A DNA stretch of 61,989 nucleotides, counting the filler, from Sphacelaria rigidula (lineage: Eukaryota), in NCBI GenBank assembly GCA_964200075.2. It is 7 parts of 7 records of this genome, joined end to end, with 100 filler letters (N's around TTAATTAATTAA, not from the genome) between each part and the next. Parts side by side here need not be neighbours in the genome. Positions count along the whole stretch, not along the records: positions 44,352 to 53,120 come from CAXNAA020010152.1; positions 53,221 to 61,989 come from CAXNAA020010153.1; 5 more parts are not named here. One strand, written 5' to 3'. Every line of letters begins with the position of its first letter. Position 1 is the stretch's first letter. The notes under the pieces are model-generated. The model saw only the letters and a list, made by a program, of their open reading frames with translations. It was not told the origin of the DNA and did not search any database. The position numbers and the translations under genes are program-made. Below, piece by piece: positions 49,775 through 61,918 of this stretch.

Positions 49775-52700
49775 TTATTCCGTGTCCCACGCCGTGTCGG
49801 GGTTGCGCAAGACAGCTGTGTCGATGTCCCCTTTGTCGTGTCGTTGTAGGCACCAAGATCCTCGGCGAGCGGTCGGCATCTCGGTGTGGTGATCGTCGTG
49901 CAGACGGATCTTGCGAGGACCCGGATCATCGAGGAAGCGGATGTAGTAGGAATCGTCCGCCTCAGGATCTATCAAACCAATCTTCCTCAGCAACCACCGC
50001 GAATCCATAGCCCTGTACCAAAAATATGCGCCTTTCGGCAAACGTTTCTTCGAAAAAGAGCGCAGGTATTGCGAACGAGAAATGAGACTATAGCCCAAAA
50101 TGAAAAATCGTGCCGAGTGTTCTCGGGCCAGTTCACGAGCTGCTGCGCCTTTTCGCATAGACCTATATCGTTTGTTCAACGGGCGGTGTTGGACGACATC
50201 TCCAACCCAATAAAAAAGTATTTCTCTTTGAAAATGACGCAAATCCTCCTCCCGTTCCCGCGTAACACGCATGAGGCCTTTCCAGTGAGTCTGATACGTA
50301 ACCGCAATTTTACCGCCTCGATCTCGGACTAGTTGATGGCCCGAGATGCGATCTACCACTACACGTTCAAGAGGACCGTCAGCGTCTTCAACTGTCATGT
50401 GGTATGGTGGGGTTTTTTCCGCATACCTGGTTAGCACATACCGACTGAGCCCCATAGGCAATTGCTTGGGCATATCACTAGTGTCGTGAGGGGGCAGACA
50501 CGGCTTGCACCGAAGCATCAAGACCCGGTTTTTGGGTTTGACGCCAAGTTCATCCGTGGGGAAATACAAATACAAAAGCTTCTCACCTACTGGCCTATCG
50601 TTAGGTGCGGTATCACAAGGCCCAACTGCCGAAATCTTCCAAGGACCAGTCCAATTCAAGCAAAGCTTCGACTTCAACGCCTTATCCGACGACGACTTAG
50701 CAGAGCTTGCACCTTGGGTTAAAGTTCTCATATCGTTATACACCAATGCCCATTCACCTACTTTCCACACCGGACGTTCACTGCATCATCCAACACGCTG
50801 TTTGCTTTAGCTACCTTTGCTGCGTTGATCAAGTTCTGCTCCCGTACCACTTCATATGCAAGACGAAGACGATTGATTACTAACAGACATATGATACTCC
50901 ACAATATCCCGATCCAAACTCTGATGACCACCAGGGGGTTTCCTGTCGAACACTGTCAATGGCAACCTGAGCATACGGTCAATATGAACTTCATTGGGAG
51001 CCAAGCCTGTGGCGGCATTGACGGAGTTGTTGCAGTTCATTTGGACAAGGGGTAAGTGCAGGTCCTAGTCCGTTTATCGCTCATTGGTCACTGTGGCAAG
51101 CATTTGTGCCATCGTGTGATTAACTCGTTCGATCCCACCGTTAGGGGACGGATGGTATGAACTAGTAAAATACGATGGGCACCCAGGAGATTACTGATCG
51201 CGGCAGACAGTTTGCCGGTAAAATGTGGGCCGTTATCGGATAACAAACGTTTGGGGACACCCCACTGAGGGATGTATGTGTACACAAGGACTTTGGCAGT
51301 CCCTTCTGCGCTATAGTTGGCCTCCGAAACAGTATTCATCACAGCATATCGACTGAACCGATCCGTAAACAACAAAATGCACTTGTTACCACTATCATTG
51401 AGGGGCAGGGGGCCAAAGTAGTCCCATGAAACTATTTCACCAGGCCCATTGGGGAGGGGCATAGAGATCACCGGCCATCTAACTGTTCGACGCGAAGTTT
51501 TGCGTGCTTGGCAAAGAAGACACCGCCGAACCCACCAACGCACACATTGGTAAATCCACCAAACAAAACGCTGAAGCATCTGGAAGGTCCTAGCGACGCC
51601 CAGATGTGTGGATGCTTGTGAGTGGCATTCATGGAGAACTCATGGACGCAGAAGCATCGGAACATAAATACGTACGGGGGCATCACCCAACAAACGGGCG
51701 TGACTACTTGTAGGCTCCCCTCTAGGAGGTTTCGTGGGGAGGCGGTGAACTAAAAGAACAACGCCATCATCATCCGTATAAAGCATGCCTTTACGCGATA
51801 CTCCAGTAACTTCATCCTGTGTGGGGGCTCGGTGGGGCCTTACTGGCAAAAAGAACTCAGTTTCTGGAAAGGGGGAGGGGCATCCTTTGGATAGATAATG
51901 TATAGCTGCTCTACAAGTAGGTTCTGCTTGCTGTTCCCGGGCCCAATCGGCGTGAGAAAAGAGGGTCAGTTCCTTGAATACACTGTCGGAGGGGTTGTCC
52001 AAAACGCAGGGGATCGAATTGAATTGCTGTGGGATGGACACGAGGCGTTGTTTGGATGAAGGGCAAAGGGGGTGGTCAGTGTATTCTCAAACGGAACGTT
52101 CACCTCTATTCCTACGTTGTGGAGGGTGTCGGATGGTGTGGTACCGGCGGTGGTACCATCACGGGGTGGAGGAAGCACTGTCGAGGTCTCGACTATGGTG
52201 GGCAGAGGTGGTTTGGGAGGTGTTGATTTTCTGGTAGCCTTGCGCCGTGGAGGTAACGGGGGCGCAAGGAGGCTATCGGGGACTGGAATGGGGTTGGGGA
52301 TTGGGAGGTCTGGGCCGGCTGCTGCCCGGGCGGCAGCCGTTTCTGCGGCCCGGCGTCCTCGGGTCCGGCTCGAGATGAGGTCTCGAACTTGAACCGGGAG
52401 GGCGCAGTCAGTAGAAACCGGCTCGACAGTGCAAACCATCCGATGACTAGACGCGCGACATTGATCATACCCGCCGGTGGTTGCACGAATTTCACTCCTA
52501 ACTGAACACATCGATCGTGGGGCCAAACTGCCCAATACAGAAGCGTGAGCCGAAGGCGTCAGCTTATTTTCAATAAGTGCCGAGTTGTGGTTCAGTGAGA
52601 GTGGTGTATAGAGTCCGCGATGACCATTTGTGCTCATGAAATATACAATATCTTCGGTGGGGTCTGTGATGCGACCCAAGGCGGAGTTGTCGATGGGTTG

Positions 52701-53120
52701 GGCTGGTAAGGATAAGCGTGACAGGAAGTCGGCGTTTGCGTTTTGGGGACCTGTGCGGTACTTCAACGTGAAGCTGTAGGAAGACAGGATTTCAAACCAG
52801 CGTTGAACCCGGGCGTTGTGTTCCGCCATCTTGGCGAGGTTTTCCAAATACTTATGATCTGTATAAATCACAAATGGGAGGTCATACAAATATTGCTGGA
52901 GTCGTCGCACTCCCCAAACAATTGCACCTGCTTCTCGTTCCATAACGGACCAGTTTTGTTCGTTTGAGTAGGTGGTTCGGCTCAGATATACATTGGGGCG
53001 AACACTAGCATCGTCTTGTTCCTGTTCCAGTGTGCAGCCAAACCCAATTTTCGAAGAATCCGTGTGCAATCGGAACGGACGGGAGCCATTTTCAGCAGCT
53101 GATCAGTCTGGAAAAACCAG
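49775..53120 (-). pseudogene. pol: pol 3' half: RNase H, integrase (HHCC, DDE, GPY/F), chromodomain
   Basis: HTDSS...YTDH...NADFLSR; HECH...HLG...CLLC; WDYFGP, SDNGPHF; KLCLNWTGPWKI; VDRISGHQ...YQTHWKG...EREEDL. Several frameshifts and stops. Confidence 0.92.
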
Positions 53121-53787
53121 NNNNNNNNNNNNNNNNNNNNNNNNNNNNNNNNNNNNNNNNNNNNTTAATTAATTAANNNNNNNNNNNNNNNNNNNNNNNN
53201 NNNNNNNNNNNNNNNNNNNNAGCACGGTTTGCTTATTTTGCCAAAACTATCGACGCTAGCACTTTCGAGTGCTCATGGAAAATGTTATGCGGAAAACCCC
53301 CGAAAATACGCCATCCGCAAAAAATACTAGACGGAGGTCTGTGCAGTATAGGAGGGAAACACGATCTCGATCGTTATTGTGAAGAATTTTAGACGTATTC
53401 GTTTATCTGAATATTTACCGTTTCGCCGCTGAAGAGCGGGAAAACTGCTCATACTGAACCAAAAACGGTCAATAACACCCTCCTGATAAACGGTGTATCA
53501 AATCCGTATCGTCCCAAAAACACCAACGTGAGCATTGCAGTTTGAGCGCGGCCTAAGCTTTCTCCCTGAATCTACCGGCGCCAGCACTTTCAAGTAGTAG
53601 TGAAGTATAGTACTCCAGAAAAACTCAGAAAAAAAACACAACTACGAATTCTGAAAACTTCTGACGCTGACTACTATATTCCTCATAACCCTACGGTTAC
53701 ATACGCGGATTTTCAGCAACATCCCATTGTTTCGTGTAGATGCCAGACACGCCATTCCTGGCCCAGTACCAAAGGAGTCAATTTTTT

Positions 53788-53982
53788 CCACAACGAGCAA
53801 TGACTCGAGTGCTCGCCCTATTAGTTTGTTTCTATGACGAGCAATGACTCGAATGCTCGCCCTATTATTCTTTTCCCACAACGAGCAATGACTCGAGTGC
53901 TCGTCCTATTAATTTTCACGGCCAACGAGCAGCCCAACGAGTGCAAGTGCCACGAGTCACACTCGTGCTCGTCCGACGTGTG
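53788..53982. repeat. Right end of the CACGAG-array element family
   Basis: Three to four ACGAGCAATGACTCGAG units, then GTGCTCGTCCGACGTGTG, as at 41140-41181. Confidence 0.82.
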
Positions 53983-54324
53983 AAAAATTATAACAGACGC
54001 GATACAAAAAAAGATATACTGCTAATCCTATAAGATCCGGTGCCGCAAGCGACCAGTCGGGCTACTGGAGACAGAGCAAAACGTTCCCACTCGACACGCG
54101 AAGTCAAACAGAAATAGAGCAAAACCCAGGAACCAAGGATCATTAACCAGAGCAGTAAGAATCGTAGACTTCCATCCTTGAACCTCTACTAGGCCGGAGT
54201 TTGTTATTCGCCGGGGGTTACGTCGGTTATGTCCTTTCTCCACCCATATCTACACACGCCTGGGGGGTCTGAAAACACAAAGGTACACATATTACTTGTA
54301 TACTCAATTCCAATACAGCCGCCG

Positions 54325-54615
54325 CGCCCCGGTGGTGGAATGGTCTGACTATCGCCATTAGGGTGGAGAGAGCGAGGGTTCGATTCCCGATGTGTTGGGT
54401 TTTTTTCTTCGTAGTATATGATCTCTACCGTGGAACGCATGGGAGCGTGAGTAAACAAAGAGTTGTTGATTGGGTTTGTTTGACGTGAGTTGACGCGGTG
54501 CGGGAGTGCTGACCCAATCCGCGAGACCAGAATGCAAGGCGTGTACCGGGGAGAGAGGGGTTGATCCCTGGACACTAGTAGACCACAGACTCGTCCCGAG
54601 GGCGGGGAGGGGTTC
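54325..54615 (+). mobile_element. tRNA-derived SINE, family 1
   Basis: A-box TGGTGGAATGG and B-box GGTTCGATTCC, followed by the shared body. Confidence 0.8.
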
Positions 54616-57600
54616 AAAGTGCGACAAAAAAAACATGATCATTAAAATAAGAATACAAAGGCACGGTACCGCACATTGTCATCATGCTGGAATATTACAT
54701 GTCGGGTTTTCATCGGCAAGGCACACCTCACCGCACGCAGAAATGTGAGGGACGTGGTGAGTACTCCTGTAACCTCCGCCCACTTCAGCGCGGTAAATGT
54801 CTGGCTATACGTTCTACCATCCCCCTCCAGCTGCCCTCGACCGCACTGGCATCCTCAGTTCGGACCTCGAGGTGCGCTCGAAAATCACTCTCCATATACA
54901 AGACCGAAGAGTTCTCGTCACGACACTTCGACAGTGAAGGGTCCACTCGATGGAAATATTCGAGGCCGTGTCCGCCAGGGTATGCCTGATATTTTGATAT
55001 TTTGAAACGTCGCACATCACCTAAGTCAGTCACAATGACTTGTATAGGCTCCAGAGAGGGGAACAACAGCACTGGGCTGGCTGCTGCTGTGGGCATGGGT
55101 CGGATCTCCACTTGTCATGTTACCAACATGTCGAGCGTACCCCACTCGACACGTCCTTGCAAACAAATATGACAGGGCCAAAATAGCAGCGATTAGCCAT
55201 CCGGTGGGAACCATTCGAGGCCACCGTTTCAACGCGTGATCGTCGACATCCCGATGAGAACCAACAAAGTGTTATGAGGGTGTAAATGTTGGGGTGCTGC
55301 CCTGCGTCAAACAAGACTCCGGTTTAGACGAAAACAACTTATGACATCTCAATGGCAACAGCATCAGATTCCCAAAAGAAATGCTGGCGAAGGGGATGAA
55401 GCAATGCGTCCTGCGCGATTTCGAGGTGCGGACATTCCACCGGCGGAACCCCCGTCCAACCTCTTTCGATAGACACGGGTAAAATGAAAAATCTTCAACT
55501 TCCCTCCTGGACTCAAAACACCACCCGTTCCAGTTGCAAACACACCTCAACAATCGTGCCCACCGGTCTCACCTACCCCCTGCCCCCCTCCGCCCCCCCC
55601 CGTCGCCTCCATCGCCAGCATCCTGCTGCGTATCTCCTCCTTGCTCTCTCCCGACCTCCTTTCAAAGTGCATTTAATCGGGAGTGCATTAGCGTTGCAGA
55701 AGTTGGAGGGTGACGGAAACGTATCCATTGATTGTCATGGATCCGAGTGAAAAACCACAACCTCATCCCCGAGGAGCACATCCACTCGATGTCAAACCTA
55801 GTTCTTCCCATATTGCACAGTGAAAATGGTTGGACGCTACAAGCGCGACCGCAATTGATCATCCTTGTTTCACTTAATAGCAATACTTGGGCTTGCTACG
55901 GTAGAGTGTTAAGCTGTGCCGTGTCGAGAAAACAAAATCACATTAAAAAGTCGCGCGTTTGTGGGATTGAGAGCTCGATTCCAACCCTCCCCCCAACCAA
56001 AATAATTTCGGATGTGCTTTTCGGCCTGCGGATGCATCCTTTGGCGAGAACCAAAAGACTTGTAATAAATTATTTGGGCTGTTTGAACAACCGCATTGCT
56101 CGTCAGGGAGCATAACTGCGTGCTGGGGAGCATGCCATGCAAGCATGCGACACGTGACCGTAGAGCGGCGCAGATCCCGCAAACAATTAAACCCTGACGC
56201 GATTGCTGAATGCGTGTCTCGATAGGACGAGGAGTAACCCTCTGCCCAGTTCCATGGACACTTCTGGGGGCGACCAATAGATGTCGGCCAAGGTGTATAC
56301 GACCCTCGCGGGTCATTCGTTTTTAAAATCCGGAATCTTTTCCGTCGCGGGTGTCAATCACCCGGCCCTGTACAGTACACCAGATGCTGGTTTGAACACT
56401 TTCTACGACAGCCCCCCCCCCCCAAACCAGCCCAAAACTGTCACAAGGAAAACGGTCATACAGCGCCTGATGTTTGGTTTCAGGCTGCATGAAGCGCCTT
56501 ATATGGGCGACATTGGCGGAAACGAACCCAGGCATTAGAATTCCCAGCTGCTCGTTATGCTCGTTTTTTTTTTCATTTCGATTTACAGTACGTGTAAATC
56601 TTGCCTCCCTTCACCAGCAAGCTTTTTTTTTTGGGGGGGGGGGGCTATCGTGGAAAATGTCTTTGGAAAAAGTGACGACACCAACATATAAAAAATAAAG
56701 CAGGAGAGCATCACCATCAAGTTGAACCAATTGAGTCGCCTTCTCAACTTCCCGTCAAACCTGATATACAATACTTTCGAGCTACCTCTCAATTAAAATT
56801 CTGTAAAATCAGACGAGAACCAAATGGTATGACGGGTGTTTATGAGGGGTAAAACAAATGTCGACCCGGGTGCACTATTGTTAGGGTGATATGTGACATA
56901 CCGACGATACGCACTGTCAATTTTTCGCACTGCGTGTACGACTTCCCCGCCGTAAGCCATAGCTCCCTTTCCCAGAGTCGAGAAGTTGTGCAAACGCACG
57001 CTGCGCTTTAACAACAGTAATCACTTTGTAACCATGCAGTGCTCACACATGCGGACGTCACGTGTAAATCGTGTACGAACGCGAACGATCCGAAGCGCAG
57101 TTTGGGCACTTCGTATTCGAGCGAGCAGCTTCTTCTCATCGTGCGTCAACGGAACACCTCCTCCCCTGGCCGCTCAAGCCATCTCGGCAACATCTTACTC
57201 CACCGCCAGAACCCACGACGTCACCCGCAAACGGAGATCCGCCGCCCTTCGTCTCTTTTTGCTCTTGCCCACATTGTTTTGCGCCACCCCCCGTTCATTT
57301 CCCTGTGCTCGATGCATATACCCTGTTCTACCTCACTCAAACTTTCTTCTACCTACGCCTCCCTGCCAGGCCTGCCGGCATCTCACACTGACACCCGCCG
57401 CCGCCAGCTGTGCAGTACCTGTACTAGGTTCAACCGTCAGATAACGTGCATTATCCTAGACTTATTCTATGCCTTATCCACGACCAGCTGGGGTGTTGCC
57501 TGCCTTGCCCTTGGTTCGTGCAGTACCTCGGCTGGATTCAGACGGAATGCTACCTGCCTTAATATTTGAGGCGACAGTATCAGATGCGGCCAGCGGAGTA

Positions 57601-59272
57601 ATTTGACGCTACCATGCCGCTCGGCGACAGTATCAGATGCGCTTGCCGACCGTTATTCGGGCTGTCTAACCTCCTGGGCATTCATTTTCGGCGGCCTTCT
57701 CACCGCTTCAATTTTTTCCCCACGGTATAGTTGCACTATGGCGCCATCCCCCCGAACTCTGCGCCCATCCAACGAACGTCGCACGTGCTGATGGAAGACG
57801 TCCCGTCGCTGCGGAGGAGCCTGACTGCAGCGGCACGGCGTAGAGACGGAGTATACAACTGTTCTTTTAAGGCTTCATTACCTTGTATTTCGCCGCAGTG
57901 GTGGCGACAGATGCCGACGCGTAGGGGCATCGAACGACACTCTTGCATTCACGTCATCAAGCGCTTTCTCAGATCACAGGCTGTCAACAAGAGGTTGCGA
58001 TATACTGGACTATCACCTCTGCGGGTTGTTGAAATGTCCGCCAGTACAGCATCAACCATCTCGCACTACTGTTGTCTCCGGCTGACGCGACTGCGTCGTC
58101 ATCGATGACCCACCGCTCTTTTCAACTGTATAATCTTTGCCCCTGACGGATTTACGTCCTCACATACCTCTTGGCCTCACTTGTACCTCGGATGAATAGC
58201 AGTCATCGCCTGTACGGGTGTGGACTACATCACATCAAGAGAGGTGGTGTGCGAGCTGGACGCGGTGCAATTCCATGGCACAAGACCTGTTGAGGCGGTC
58301 CCATCGCAGACGGCCGCCGAGTCGAGCTTTCTACGCGAAGTGTACATCTTCCTCGCCGTGTCTACGCCACTTGCACACGCCACTCGCACACTCACACAAG
58401 ATGCTGTACGCAAGAATGTTCTCCACTCAAGCTGCAGTGGCGCCAACAAGAGAAGCCTTGGGTGTGGCGGCATGCTGCCGTTCGGTGGAGACCGCGGGGA
58501 AGCGGGTTTACTGCTGCTGCTGCAACGACGGCACAAGTTGTACTAGTTTTATTATCGGGTGATGATTACATATACCTGTGCCATCATCCACCAACGACCA
58601 CCCCGAAGCACCTACCTCAGTGGTCGTTCTGGGGGCCTGACCCCGAAACGGTTTTTGCGGTTGGATGTTCCCAGTTTGCATCATTCCCCCGAAGATTTCA
58701 GAGACGGTTCGGAAGAATCCCGGTGGTACAAAGGGAGCGAGAAACCGCGAGACACACCAATTTCCATGCATCCCGACAGCTGCTGCAATCTGACGACGCA
58801 GGGCCCGAGGTGAGTTGCTCTTTCGCAGTACATAGGTGTACGGACTACGTGCGCAATTGATCCTTCGTTCGCTTGGCAAACAAGAGGCTGGAAGATACAG
58901 TATTCAACCCCACATAGCTGTAGATCGTTTGCCCAATTACAACAACGAGACACCCCACTTTTCATCTACAAGCAGCGGCAAAAGGTTACGATGACCATGT
59001 GCCATAACCCTTTCTTTGAGCAGTGGGTAAGTGGCGCTACCCATGCCACGACGCTACTCCCCCCCCTAGCGAGCCCTCGATGCCAACAGGGCATGCTGTG
59101 CGGACTCTTCTGTTGGCTCCGATTCTTGGCTGTACTTTCGTACTCAGTGCAGCCATTCCGTCCACGATTGGGCTGCTGTGGTCTTCATTATATTCGAGAG
59201 AACGAGCCGTGGTGTAGAGTTCACGCGAACTGGTCGACGAGATTCATGTCGCGGTTGAATGAACAGTTCGTC

Positions 59273-59614
59273 TGTTCAGGAAGCGAACAGTTTACCCATT
59301 GAACCAGTAAGTGCTCAGTGGTTCAATGGGTAAACTGTTCGCTTGCTGAACAAAAGATATGATGTGTGGTCCGTCCCGGCATGACGCATCAGTGATCTCG
59401 GAGGCCTCGCGTACCCCTCGCAAGCCTCACTGTTTACATGTCAAACTCGTTCCTTCAACAATCGATCATGTCGGGACCCGAACCGCATATCTTTTGTTGA
59501 GGAAGCAAACAGTTTACGCATTGAACCAGTGACTTTTTTTGTTGAGGAAGCGAACAGTTTACCCATTGAACAAGTGAGCGCTCACTAGTTCAATGGGTAA
59601 ACTGTTCGCTTCCT
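59273..59614. repeat. Cluster of near-perfect palindromes (AGGAAGCGAACAGTTTACCCATTGAAC arms)
   Basis: Hairpins at 59273-59352 and 59545-59614, plus a half copy at ~59500-59530. Confidence 0.9.
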
Positions 59615-61882
59615 GACCATGGTTTCAGTCTAGATGATCATTCTGACTACAATATGAAGGGCTTACAGTCTCCACTCGCCCGGCGTACGTCGTAGGCGCC
59701 GATTCGAGCTCTGCCAACGTAGTCTTGATCTAGAACAACGTATGCATCCCCCGTGCGTGCCTGCGCTTTCTCGGTATGCCCTGGGTTGGGGCTGGGGTTA
59801 AAGCTAGCGTCATGAATTCACAACATAACTATTCCAACAATGGAATTTGTCCGCACACTTCGCCTCAACACACAACACCCTAGAAAATAGACAACAAATA
59901 TAATGAGTAAAATAGACAACAAATATAATGAGTATTGATGCATATAGAAAATTGTCTAATTCATTGTCTAGTACAGTAGACAATTGGTTCGATGTTGTAT
60001 CGACACCGTACACAGTACACTTTTTGCCCCTGTGATATGCTGTCTAGGGTGTGAAACGTTTTCGTGGTAGGTGTCTCCGGCTTCACCCTAACGAAGCCGA
60101 ATCTTCAATTCGGTCCTTCTTTTTGCACATCACAGACACACCGCCAGCGATGGGGGTTCACGCCTTTTTGTTCTCGATCTTTTTGCCGCGGGAGTAGTCT
60201 ATTTGAGTCATGCACACCATTTGCGAGTGAAATTGATGCCCATTCGGCGGATGACCCATGGTAGCCGTCAAAGGGTTGACCTGTTCACCATAGTCGACAC
60301 GTTCTAGAACTTTGATCGTGGGATTGCTCGCCAATTTTTCCGCCGAATCCCTACCGGAGTTTTCAGAACGTATTTCTGCAAAGCACGAATTATAAGCGAT
60401 GCGGACAGGAGAGAGCAAGGGCGGTCCATACCGTGCATCCGACCGTGGGTCTGCGCTCAGCTCTCCTGCCTCGACATATCATCGCATTCTCGCGCTGTTT
60501 TAAGTATGCAAAAGATGTGATGAACCGTGTTCGATCATTCTTTCATGATTGGTAGGAACAAAACGGTTTTGCAGCAGTTGTCAAGTTGTTAATTTTCACG
60601 GCGTACCATGCGGACACAAACCCCGCCCTCACCGCGCTCCCGCGGTCCACTCTCCTTACCTTGTCCGTTCAGTAATCATGTTGTCGAATCTCTCAGCATG
60701 CTCGACACCCTCTTCATGAAAGTGCACTCGGCGGAGTTGGTTGTATACTAAAAACGTGCAGAAAACCACTTCAAGTTGCAGTCTCAACCCTGACCGTCTT
60801 CAGAGGCCCCTCACTCCCACCCGCAGGACGCTTCATCCGGAATCTGGATGGCTGACCTCATGCGTGATGTCCACGTTGCGCTGACATCTCGTATTGTGCA
60901 CGTGCATCACCAATTATTGTACACGGTTGCTAACAGCAGCAGAGTATGCATGGCGTGGGATGTTCATATGTACCACCTACCCAACCCGCCGCTGGAAGCA
61001 GATAAGTAGCGGTGAAAGTGGTTTAAACCTGCATGCTTACGACTTGGAATGTTTTGGGGGTTCCTGATGTTCAGAAACCTCGTTCCCCTTTACGTTGAAG
61101 TTACACAACTGTAGCACACGTCTCGAGTTCCCAATCCCTGCAGACATGACTGTGTCTGTGTAGCAGACTCATGGCCAGAAGTAGACATGGCCTTAACAGT
61201 GCAGGGCCCAGCCCTTCGTGAGAGTGTCAGACTGAGGGTGTCATGCTAGTCACCCCCCTGTGGTCATGAACGAGATATTGTTGATTCTTCGCCCCATCCC
61301 ATTTAACCGCTGTTTTCGTTGTCGCGCTTCAGCAACCTCGACCGATCTTCCCCCACGTATCTCTCCTCCACTCTAGCTGGCAAAGTGCCCACCCCCCGCC
61401 CCACGAACGTGCGCCGGTGCGGCTGCTATCTAACCGTCCCTGGAAGCAAATGCTAGTACGGACTGTCGCCTCACCTCGGGCGACGAGTCGTATTTCGGAG
61501 GCTCACTTCGGGATGATTTTTACGTGGGGTTTACCGCGGTTGCACCACGGAAACTTGTAAATGACACGTTACCATGATACATCGAAACTACAATCACCAT
61601 CCGAACCGTTACCAAGCAAATGGCATTCTTCCGTTCCGATCCAAATCTTCACCGAGCAAGTTATATTCCCCCATTCCCGTCCAAATAATCACCGCGCAAA
61701 AACAGGCATTATTGTGGTTTCTCATTGGCATCCGAACAAATAGCGCGCAAATATATTTCTCCCAATGCACAGGAAAGCAAAGTGAATCATCGAAGTGAAT
61801 CAACATCACGTTACCTCAGTAGGCCGCTAATACATGTGCACAACAATCCCCGGGGAATGGGTCGCGGGAGTGATGCCGCGAC

Positions 61883-61918
<36 letters not shown>

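Larger units (their letters stand above)
44352..53120 (-). mobile_element. Ty3/Gypsy (chromovirus-like) retrotransposon sequence, decayed
   Basis: RNase H-integrase-chromodomain, T-rich 3' region, candidate LTR, then a gag-like ORF, all on the minus strand. Confidence 0.9.

Noticed and set aside
7039-53120. Contig-1 RT and contig-6 integrase as halves of one element
   Set aside because: Both contain RNase H with clearly different sequences, and they lie on unlinked contigs.
54325-54400. Functional tRNA genes (also 32683, 36750-36836, 18030-18105)
   Set aside because: Cloverleaf stems are incomplete and the heads continue into a non-tRNA body, shared among the family-1 copies; these are SINEs.
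55272-56340. WNVRT (LINE endonuclease-like) and FRILK (Harbinger-like) short motifs on the minus strand
   Set aside because: Isolated short matches with no supporting downstream motifs.
57039-58965. Cluster of 100-170-aa ORFs
   Set aside because: No recognisable domains and no consistent spliced model could be built by eye.
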